A stretch of DNA of 64,000 bases from the human T2T-CHM13v2.0 reference genome, Homo sapiens, in assembly GCF_009914755.1 (NCBI RefSeq), contig NC_060936.1; one strand, given 5' to 3'. Made by a program: the position numbers and the translations under genes. Each line of letters opens with the position of its first letter. Position 1 is the stretch's first letter. Below, piece after piece: positions 53,401-64,000 of the stretch. Below the pieces are notes generated by a model. It did not search any database, was not told where the DNA came from, and saw only the letters and a program-made list of their open reading frames with translations.

Positions 53401-55061
53401 GTAGAAGTAAGAGGTCTGCATGGAAACCCTCCTTTAGAACTGAAGAAAGACCTCTGGTCTCAGATGGTCATGGAACTCAATCATTGTAAACCCCTATCTC
53501 CAGGAGGGCAGGCCTTGGAACTGCAGGTTAGAGTCTGGAATTCACTGGTGCCAAATCTCTGTTATATGGGACACACCATATGGAGCCTAGAATTCATCAC
53601 AGCCTTTGGCAGGCAGCCTGGCCTGGAAATAACCCCAGAAGGCTATGTTTTGATCAGGAAACTTGCAGCTGTTTTTCAAAGTCATCTTTGGAATTTTTAA
53701 TTTTACTTTATTTTTAGCAAACCTACATGCCCCCTGTTTTTTCATCCAGGGTTCTGATTTCCTTGGTGTTCTGGATTACCACATAGGTACATGGCATGTG
53801 TTTGCAGAGATATGGAGAGGTCTGGAGAAGTTAGCACACCTCATCGAGCCAAGCAAGAAACAGGGGCCTCGGGAAAAAAAAAAAAATCCCAAGTAACTTA
53901 AGTAAAAAATCCCAAGAAAAGTTAAACACATAAACAGCTGTGGCCTCATCACTGAGCCTTAAGGTTGCAGTGGGGAAAAGGAGGGAGGACAAAGAGGCTC
54001 TGAGCATTCCAAAACATGGGCACAGCTTCTCTCCCAAAGGTGAGGCATCTGGACAACTAGGCAGACAGCTCCATCAGGAAGGAGAGCCTGTCTGCAGAGG
54101 CCAGTTTGCCATGGGCCTTAGTGGGATCCGTAGGCTGCCGAGAGCTCTCAATTTTTGATTTTTCCAAGTGTTTCACCAGATCCCCATCATGCTGGGGCCA
54201 AATTCTTGAAAGCAAAGCCACATTTGAATTCTCCAAAGTAAAGCCACGTTTTAGGCTTTGGCTGCAGGGGCTTGGAATCAGGCCACTCTGGGACTTGAGA
54301 GAACAGCAATTCCATTTTTGAGGTTTGAGGAATCCTAGAGTTCCCCAGCCTGGGAGAAAAACTGATTTCAATCTGGTTTAATTCCTCATTCCCCTACCTC
54401 CATTCCCCACCACACTGACCTGGAGTTTTGGACGGCATACATAGCTCTCAGCATATTCTGATTTGAAGGTACTAGGAGGTTAATCAATGAAGGGCCAAGC
54501 TTTTTCTCGCTGGGGTAAAACTTCAAGATCTCATGAATGATCCAATGGAAATGATGTATATGTTTTATTCTTGTCATCCCCCCACCCTTTCTCCTTCGAG
54601 CGTGGCAATCTTTCTGCAGTTGTGTCTACATGACTGGTTCAGACAGGGAAAAAAGAGAGAAAAAAAGAAGCCACATGTAAAATTCAGTTTTGTTATTTTC
54701 TTTTGCCTACACGATACCACACAGATTGTGTGGTTGACTTATTTTTAACTGAGTCTTTGTGTGAATGAACCAGGCTGGTCAGTTGCTTGGGCAATATTGA
54801 GATCAGAAGCAAGATGATTAAAGGCACCAAAAGCAACCACTAATTTGACCAAAGACATCCCACAATAGCTAGACAAAGACATGTCAGTTTGGACTGTGTA
54901 TAGACGTGGCTTGCCTCGAAGTCTGGTGACCAGCATTAGAACACCACCAAAATGAACCAAGTACACTTGGTACTTCTGGCCATCAAAATAGCTGAACCCT
55001 ACCATTCAATCTGCCAGTTTAGCTTGTTTGATCCAGTTTTCAAGAAAGCTAGGAGAAAATG

Positions 55062-55062
<1 letters not shown>

Positions 55063-55117
<55 letters not shown>
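55063..55117 (+). repeat. (TG)n microsatellite, one interruption
   Basis: TG run with a single TT. Confidence 0.97.
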
Positions 55118-55336
55118 AGGGAATTTGGGGGTCATGTAAAAGGAAAATGGTTGGAAGTATAATTATGACTGTTGACTTTAATGATCAATTAAGTTGACCA
55201 TGCAAAAATCCAACTACTTGTTAGTTGATTGATAACAAAGTGGCCAGTACAGCCAGTTGTATAATTTTTTGCTCCTCATTTCTTTGAAGCTGAGAAATCT
55301 CTTGTCATACCTCCATTCATGTATGGCTTGAATAAG

Positions 55337-55795
55337 TTATGGGTTGAATTGTGTGTCTCAAAAAGATACATTAGAGTCTCAATCTCTGGGACTTCAGAAT
55401 ATGATCTTATTTGGAAATGGGGCCATTGTAGATGTTATCATGAGATCATGCTAGAGTAGGGGGGGCCCCTCATCAAAGATGATTGGTGTCTTTATAAGAA
55501 AAGGAGAAGAGACAGAGAGACAGATATACCAAAGAAAATATCATGTGATGATAGAGGCAGAAATAGGAGTGAAGCAGCTATAAACCAAGGAATTCCAAGG
55601 CTTGAGGGCTACCACCAGCAGCTAAGAGAGAGGCATTGAACAGATCTCCCCTATGAGTTTCAGAGGTTTCAAAGTTCGGTGATACTGATTTCAGACTTTC
55701 AGCCTCCAGAACTGTGAGACACTATATTTCTGTTTTTTTTTTTAAGCTACCTAGTTTGTGATTCTTTGTTATAGCAATCCTAGGAAACATATGAT
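55337..55795 (+). mobile_element. MLT1B/C LTR
   Basis: TTATGGGTTGAATTGTGT; CAGCCTCCAGAACTGTGAGAC. Confidence 0.87.
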
Positions 55796-55844
55796 ATGTC
55801 GGTAAAATAAAGGAAAAGTCAAGAAATAAAACATTCAAAATTAT

Positions 55845-56270
55845 AAAATATTAGAGCTAGATGAGGCTTCAAAATTCATCTCAGCCACATTTTTTCACAT
55901 GGATTCTGCACTACTCTAATCCTTCAAGATAGTACATAAGATGCAGATTCCATGTTTGTCATGCAAATTTGGAAAATTCTCCATATCATCACCTTAGAAA
56001 CAATAAATGACTTCAGTAAGTCAAAGCCACTGACAAGTCCTGCAGCTGGGAAACTTCTTTCACTCTGAACAAGGCAGCTTTTCCAAATATCTTTGACGAT
56101 GAGACACTTCTAGACAAGATGCTTATCTACTTCCCATGAAACTAGTCTTTCATGGATAATACTTTGGAACATCCAACTTTTTCTTTTTATAGATAAAGAA
56201 CTTGAGAACTAGAGACAAAAGAAACTTGTTTAAAGTTATACAGTGTCATAGCCTGAATTCTAATTGTCCT
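55845..56270. mobile_element. MIR3 interrupted by a MER103-like element (~55885-56172)
   Basis: CTGACAAGTCCTGCAG...AACTAGTCTTTCATGGATAATACTTTGGAACA; MIR halves on both sides. Confidence 0.55.
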
Positions 56271-56437
56271 ATAGCAAAGACTGCAGTCATCTACCGTGGG
56301 CCTCCTGGCTGAATGAAGAATCCCTCATTCAAACAGCCAACTCTGCCCTTATGTGACTTTATGATCTTCAGAGAGTCTTGCCTTCTGCCAGGTTTCCATT
56401 TCTCCACTTGGAAAGTCAAGAGCCTGGACTAGTTCAT

Positions 56438-57245
56438 TGTTATGGACTACATGCTTGTGTCTCTGACAAAACAAATATGTGGAAACCCTCATCCCCAATG
56501 AGATGGTTTTCGAAGTGGGGCCTCTGGGAGGTAATTAAGCTTAAAAGAGGTCAGGGGGGTGAAGGTCCCATGATAGGATTAGCATCTGATATGGTTTGGC
56601 TGTGTTTTCACCCAAATCTCATCTTGAATTGTAGCTCCCATAATTCCCATGTGTTGTGGGAGGTACTCAGTTGGAGACGATTGAATCATGGGGGCGGTTC
56701 CCCTGTATTGTTCTCATGATAGTGAATAAGTCTCATGAGATCTGATGGTTTTATAACCATCAGATAACTTTCACTTAGCTCTCATTCTCTTCTTTTGTCT
56801 GCCACCATGTAAGACATGCCTTTCACCTTCCACCATGATTGTGACGCCTCCCCAGCCATGTGAAACTATGAGTCGATTAAACCTACTTCTTTGGTAAATT
56901 GCTCAGTCTTGGGTATGTCTTTATCAGCAGCATGAAAACAGACTAATACAGTACCCTTATAAGAAGAGAAAAGGACCAGAACTCTCTCTCCATCACGTGA
57001 AGATACAGCAAAAATTCAACTATTCACAAGTCAGGAAGAGGTCCCTTCCATGAACCTAACTAACCATGCTGGCACCGTGATTTTGGAAATCCTGATTCCA
57101 GAACTACGAGACATAAATTTGTGTTGTTGTTGTTGTTGTTTTGCTTCCTTTATTTATTTATCTGGTTACATATACATCAGGAAAATTTGTGTTGTTTAAA
57201 TCACCTAGTCTGTGGTACTTTGTTGTGGCAGCTCAGGCTAAGACA
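56438..57245 (+). mobile_element. MLT1A LTR carrying a nested THE1 and a micro-retroinsertion
   Basis: TGTTATGGACT...GGATTAG|CCTTATAAGAAGAG...ends GCAGCTCAGGCTAAGACA. Confidence 0.83.
56587..56950 (+). mobile_element. THE1 solo LTR
   Basis: TGATATGGTTTGGCTGTG...GAAAACAGACTAATACA. Confidence 0.92.
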
Positions 57246-57670
57246 GTCATTTCTAAGATCCCTTACAGTATGAAGATTCTGTGACTATTGATCTCGCCTG
57301 TATGTGCCTAAAAGGTATAATTTATCCTTGGATGAAAATCTCTATCTAAAGGGCCAAATTATTATTTTGGTCAATGATGTATTACACTTCCCTTGTCCAT
57401 TTCTTGTCTTGGCCCTGTCAGCAAATTCAGGGCTGATGAGTTAATGTATGTGAAAGTGCTTTGTAAACGGTCAGGCCTTGTCCAAATAAAAGGACTGATT
57501 TTTGTGTTATTAGGTTGAGAGCGTTGCAGCCAAGATGAAGGTGAAGTGTACCCACTATCCTGTTGGCATGGGTGTACAATATTTGGGTATGTGCATGATG
57601 AGTGTAGTGAACATGTCCACGTGCCCATGTATGTTTCAGTTTAACTGAAAATTTAAGAAGGAGCTGAGAA

Positions 57671-57962
<292 letters not shown>

Positions 57963-59262
57963 GCAGCTGAGCAATAGTTTTACAAACATGTGTTCTTGGA
58001 GTAGACTGCTCAAAGCCACAACCACACTGTAATACTTAACACCTGTGTGGGCTTGGGTGAGTAATTTATCCTCTCTGTGACTTTGTCTCTTCTTCTGGGA
58101 AATGAATATAATATTAATTCTTAATTTCCTGGGTTCATGGGAGGATGAAATGATGTCATGCATCTGAAGCCCACAGCCACATATGCTGGCTATGTAGATG
58201 CATATCCATTGCATGTGCATTTTATGTATGAAGCATGTGCAAATGTCATGTGCCTATTTGTGTTTCCTTTTATATTTTGCAAATTGCTTTATTCCCCATT
58301 GTTTGGCTTATGTTCCCAGAGGAAGCCATCAGAAACAAGAATAGAAGATGGCATCTTGAAAGCATAGCATTGAGCACTTGGGCTTTGGAAGACACTTGAA
58401 GGGTTATCTTTCCCAGACTTCCAAGGGCTGCATTCCCTCGTCAACATCTTAGGATCATACATTTGTGACCACTGCTTAGGACTTTAAAGTATGATTCACA
58501 ATGGCCTGCATTGTGAATTTCAGCCAATGACCCAAAAGAACAGCTTTGCCTTAAGTAGGATTAAACCTTCCTCCGTGCTAGGGAAAAATTAAGAACGTGA
58601 GGAAACAGTTGCATTTCAGGCCACTCTAACCTTTCTGTCTCAGGCTCTGTCCTTGGCACGCTACTGATGAGTTTGCTAGAGAAGAGAAACGTTTGAGTCC
58701 ATTATTTTAAAAGCAGCAGAAAATAGACTCTGGAAAAAAAAATTGTGCATTGGCCACAGAAACTTAATGGCCCATTTTGATCTCTGCCTCCTGCCTGGCT
58801 GAGGGTGTCAGGAGCCATGCTCTCAGCTTGCAAAAAAAATGTCATAATGAAGTGTTCAAGTAATGGAGAGTTAATGGAACTGGGAGCCTGAGTTATAACA
58901 AAAGGGCCTTAAAAGAGAGGTGGGGTATAATTTATTAACAGCAATATATGAAGCAGGGAGCCTGCAACATTTATGAGAAAAGAAAATGGGACCTTTTACA
59001 AGATCCAGGTTTTCTGCTCTTCATGGGATGGGGAGACACTCAATGGAATGATCCAGGCACCTCCCTTTTCTCTGTTAATGCCCCAAGCCCTCTTCCTCAG
59101 GGAAGACTGGCATTTCTGCTAAGTATTGAGGATCCAAGTTACCTGCTCTGCTTCTTCCTGGGATGGAGAAATTTCTTTATGATAAGGATGTTGACATCTC
59201 CATCAATGGAACATGGTTCTAGTAACTTCCAGTGCTTGTGGGCATTTCTTTCCTAATCTGGT

Positions 59263-60532
59263 ACATTAGTCAGGATTCTGTTGGCTGTACGATGTAGAAG
59301 CACAATTTTCAGTGACCTAAGACTGACAAAAATGGTATGTGAGGTTTTTTTTGGATTCCCCACGAAGCAGAGCCTGAGACAAGGAGGTAAGTGGAATTTG
59401 TTTGGGAGATGATCCGAGGAGGTCATGGCAAGGGAGTGGAAAATGAGGCAGGAAAGAGAAGAAAGTCAAGAAAGGGCATCGTTATTAAGCCAGTCATAGT
59501 GAGAGCAACTGGAGCATTACCCCCTGGGAAATGCTGGCTGACAGCGAGTTATCTCAGTTGAGGGCCAAGGGAACTGGAGAAGTTATTTATTCAATTCCTG
59601 CAATAATTAGTTGAGGGCTGTTGCTGTCTTTCTTGTTTTTTAACTGTTACGTAGTGTTTGTGCACATTTATGTGGTACCTGTGATATTTTGTTGCATGCA
59701 TGGCTGTGTCATGATCAGGTCAGGGTATTTAGGGCATCCATCATCACCTTGTGTATTTGTCATTTCCATGCACTAAGAACATTTCAAGTCCTCTTTACTA
59801 GCTATTTTGAAATATACAATACACTGTTGTTAACTATGTCACCTTACTCTGCTATCAAACACTAGCACTTATTCTTTCTATCTAAGTATGCGTTTGTTCT
59901 CATTGACCAACCTCTCTTTATCCCTCACCCCTATGTACACACCCTTCCCAGCCTCTGGTATCTGTCATTCTATGCTCTACCTCCATGAGTTCCACTATTT
60001 TGACTCCCACATATGAATGGGAACATGCAATATGTGTCTTTCTGTGCTTAGCTTTTTAAGTCTCTGGTACATCTGGCTTTTTCCACATGATGACGAGAAT
60101 ATTTCTATGTCCAGGGGCTGCAGAAGGGACCCTCAGACAAAATTACAGGCATTAGTACAGCCACAGAGTTCATAAAGGACTTTCAGTATGTAAATTGACT
60201 GCCAAAGAGACAGTAGATCAATCACAGCATGTAGCAAGGAGAGGTAGGTATTATTTGCCTCAAGTGGTTGAAAGTTCAAGTTTGGCTGGCTTCAGGCATA
60301 GTTAGATCCAGGGGCTAAAGAAGCAATAGCAGGACTTGGTCTGTAGCACTTTATCTTTGGCTCTTCTTTCTTTGGCTTTGGCTCTATTCTCAGGCAGGAC
60401 TGCCCTTGTGACGGTGTGTTGACTGCCAGTAGCTCCCAGCTTATATCCGATTCGGCAACCCCAGTGAAAACAGAATATTTCCCCACCTCAAACAATTTCA
60501 GTAGAAGACCTGGGATTTGTTCTTATTGGTTA
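59263..60532 (-). mobile_element. MLT1K-like LTR (59263-59332, 60240-60532) split by an ERVL LTR (LTR67B/LTR16-like, ~59336-59625 and ~60053-60232)
   Basis: ATTAGTCAGGATTCTGTTGGCTG start; CTGGCTTCAGGCATAGTTAGATCCAGGGGCT continuation; GAAGCAGAGCCTGAGACAAGG in the nested LTR. Confidence 0.6.
59628..60052 (-). mobile_element. L1MA 3' end
   Basis: CTAGCTATTTTGAAATATACAATAC; CCTTCCCAGCCTCTGGTA; CTCCCACATATGAATG. Confidence 0.87.
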
Positions 60533-61001
60533 GTTAATAGTAAGGCATTTAACAATTAACTTAATCTGTCTGGGATCCACAAGTCTTCATCTGTACAAGG
60601 ACACTGCAACACTGCCTTCAGCTGGAATCATTTGGTTAAAGGTGAACTCCATTCTACCTTCTTCAAGGATCTTTCCATATTTCATGGCACATTTGTGCAA
60701 ACATTATTTCAAATGTTATCCTTTGACTAGTTTGGTTCCTCTGTCTATATGAGATCAACCTAAATAATGCTCCCATTCCTTGCTCAGCTTTTTCTTTGGC
60801 GCAGATGCCCTTTCACAGGCACCTATATGCTCTAACTCAGATGTGGCCTCTTGGATGAAACTATTACATTGGCAAGAACTGTTTTGATAACAAGTGGCAG
60901 AAAATTTGATTAAAGTTGTGTTAATATACACATGCACTTACCTACCTGTATATATACATGTGTATATGTACATATGCATATTAACATGTATATTAACACA
61001 A

Positions 61002-61267
61002 CTTCTACTAAAATTTTTTGAGGTGGGGAAATATTCTGTTTTCACTGGGGTTGCTGAATTGGATGTAAGCTGGGAGCTACTGGCAGTTGATGTACCATCA
61101 TATGGGCAGTCCTGCCTAAGAGTAGAGCCAAAGTTGAGGAAAGAAGAACCAATGATAAAGTACTACAGACCAAGGCCTGCAAATGCTTCTTTAGTACTTG
61201 GATCCAACTATGCCTGAAGTTAGTCCAAACTTGAACTTTCAACCAGTTAAGGCCATTAATACCTACC
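61002..61267 (+). repeat. Inverted copy of 60243-60507
   Basis: Hand alignment 230/266 identical (86.5%); mirrored ORFs 60292-60495(-) and 60894-61217(+). Confidence 0.95.
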
Positions 61268-61407
61268 CCTCCTTGGTACATATGCACTTATCTACCCTAT
61301 GTACATATGTGTGTGTGCATGTGTGCGTGTGCACGTATAGGGGTTTGTGTGTGTGTATTACCTACCATAAAGTTACAGGTATCCATACAGGTAGGTAAGT
61401 ACATATG

Positions 61408-61669
61408 TATATAAATATATATATATATAGTATATATATATATAGTATATATATATACTATATATATAGTGTATATATATAGTATATATAGTATATATAT
61501 ACTATATATAGTATATATACTATATATAGTATATATATACTATATATACTATATATAGTATATATATACTATATATATAGTATATATATAGTATATATAT
61601 ACTATATATATAGTATATATATAGTATATATATAGTATATATATACTATATATATACTATATATATATA
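61408..61669. repeat. Long interrupted (TA)n array with TAG/TAC spacers
   Basis: Repeats of TATATATAG and CTATATATA units. Confidence 0.95.
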
Positions 61670-61812
61670 CACACACACATATATATTGTAATATACACAC
61701 ATACTCCTATATACCTATAAAAATTTACTTACATGCATATGTTCACTCTCACATTAGCCTGTGAGTTCCTTGAGGATACATATGCTCTCACTGTTTTTAA
61801 TATGCCCAGCAT

Positions 61813-62131
<319 letters not shown>

Positions 62132-62575
62132 CTAGCATACATTGGCTGTACAAGAAATCTTTGAGAGACAAAGGAGGAGAGAAACAAAGAATAAAGGACT
62201 CAATATTAAGTTCTATACTTCCTTCCAAGCTGACAGTTTGGAACTGGATATTGTACTGTCACCATGCAACATATTAATGTTGCACTTTCAACTCAATATG
62301 TTCCAAACTGAACTTACCATCTTATTTTCCAGACCTTACCTAGCTCACCACATTCCCCACCTTGCTGTTGTTGACTTCATGACATATTTGTATCTTGGCA
62401 ACTTACCAGAGGTCTAATCTGGTGGTCCTAGACCCCGTGTGTCAGAAGGTCCATGAACTTCTAAAAATCACATAACATTTTTAAATGCACTTGTTCCTAT
62501 GAATTGACTTGAGGAATTGGGTCCATGGATTTCATCAGACTGACCTAAGAGTGAGTCCTGTTTCTCTTTCTGAAC

Positions 62576-63103
62576 TATTATGGATGGAATTGTGTCCCTG
62601 AAAAATTCCTAGGTCAGCGTCCTAATCCTCCAGCACCTCAGAATGTGAAGTTATTTGGTAATCAAGTTAAAATGAGGTCATGAGGGAGGGCCTGAATCCA
62701 GTATGACCCATGTCATTATAAGAAGGAGAAATTTGGAGATGGACACACACATAGGACAACATCATGGGAAGATGAAGGCAGAGATTGGGGCAATACTTCT
62801 ATTAGGTTGGTGCAGAAGTCATCGCAGTTTTTGCTCTCAAAAGTAATGGCAAAAATCACAATTATTTTCATTACTTTTACAGCAACTTAATATAAGCTAA
62901 GGAATGCAAAAGATTGCCAGCAAATGACCAGAAGCTAGAGGGGAGGCATGGAACAGATCTTCTCTCACAGCCTCAGAAGGAACTAGCCCTACTGACAGCT
63001 CGATCTCAGACTTCTAGACTCCAGACTGGTGAGACAACATATTTCTGTTGTTTAAGCCACCCAGTTTGTGGCAATTTGTTACGGCAGACCAGCAAATGAA
63101 TAC
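62576..63103 (+). mobile_element. MLT1B/C LTR
   Basis: GGAATTGTGTCCC; CACAGCCTCAGAAGGAAC; TTTAAGCCACCCAGTTTGTGG...AATACA. Confidence 0.87.
62802..62890. mobile_element. MADE1 (Hsmar1-derived MITE)
   Basis: TTAGGTTGGTGCA...AAAAGTAATGGCAAAAA...CAACTTAA flanked by a TA duplication. Confidence 0.88.
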
Positions 63104-63689
63104 AGGATCTCTACAAAATACACTCACCTTTCAGGCAGGCCAAGAGGATTGTTTACTGTCAGAGCTCCAAGCCCGGAACTTACTCACACACCAAAAAAGG
63201 GGCATGGAAGTGGGAGCAAGGATGGAGTCACGATCCCAAAGTCCCGGAGCATCTTCTCCACACATTCATGAGAGTCAGGCACAGGTTTTTATCTCATGCC
63301 CACATTCAGGGGGCCATCATCCTGAGCCTGCACCCCCAGAGAAAGTGAGGCCCAGGAATTTGTGAGTTTGTTGTTGCTTGTGTTACCGAATATCCATGAA
63401 CTGCAAAATGGCACCATGACCTAATGAAGTATTAACCCTGCCTCATCACTGCACATCAACCATGAAAGCAGGCTCTTCTTGGCCAGGGCTGTTTCAAGGA
63501 GATTTAGGAATATATTTGAGGCTTCTGAAGGATAGTTGGAAATTAGGGGGTCTGCAAATGGACCTCCAAGAACTCAGGACAGGGGACATGGACCAGAAGC
63601 ACCCCCTGATCTGCCTGGGGTCTCCAACATACTGTTCTTCCCTCCCACCCCTTTCAAGGGCTATCCAACGTTGGAAAGAATAAAAACTC

Positions 63690-63834
63690 AGAGTCAATAG
63701 ATCTGGGTTTACATCACAGCTTTACTCATGAGACATGAGACAAATGACTTAGTCCTTCTGAGCCTCAGTTTTCTCCTCTGTAAAATGGGAATAATCATTG
63801 TAGATGCTTCACAGAGTTGTGAAAACATAATGGG

Positions 63835-63879
<45 letters not shown>

Positions 63880-63935
63880 GGAATGAAAATGCACCTGGCT
63901 CATAGTAGACACTTGTTAACTCGAAGCTGCTTTAT
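63690..63935 (+). mobile_element. MIR containing (TATC)11 at 63835-63878
   Basis: CTGAGCCTCAGTTTTCTCCTCTGTAAAATGGGAATAAT; pure TATC run. Confidence 0.87.
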
Positions 63936-64000
63936 TTTTGTTGTTGATTTCTTATTGTGATTTTTTGTGACATTAAAAGGCAAAGTTTACTTTCAGAGCT

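Noticed and set aside
60292-61217. Two similar peptides on opposite strands (FEVGKYSVFTGVAE...) that look like a paralogous gene pair
   Set aside because: By-product of the DNA-level inverted duplication of an LTR fragment; no recognisable protein or gene structure.

Overview
Primate (very probably human) non-coding genomic DNA, either intergenic or deep intronic. It is CpG-poor with no CpG island, and much of it is recognisable interspersed repeat: about 15 Alus (J, S and Y types), old L1 3' ends, L2, MIR, MaLR/ERVL LTRs (THE1, MLT1, MLT2A, LTR16, LTR33), MER33, MER103-like, MADE1 and several microsatellites. I cannot support any protein-coding gene, RNA gene or CRISPR array. The supplied ORFs that I could trace derive from Alu, L1, L2, LTR or low-complexity sequence, and none of the rest matches a protein I recognise. 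I cannot name the locus. The unexplained structure is architectural. (1) A ~400-bp inverted duplication of an ancient LTR16A plus flank (35623-36022 / 38426-38826) has a 97-bp perfectly identical core and brackets a 2.4-kb potentially invertible segment. (2) A ~265-bp inverted duplication of an MLT1K-like piece (60243-60507 / 61002-61267) has a fold-back/microhomology junction. (3) There are two small template-switch scars, a ~40-bp polyadenylated retro-insertion, a fossil ERVL dUTPase region and a candidate minus-strand exon. All alignments and counts were done by hand, and repeat subfamily names come from recalled consensus sequences.
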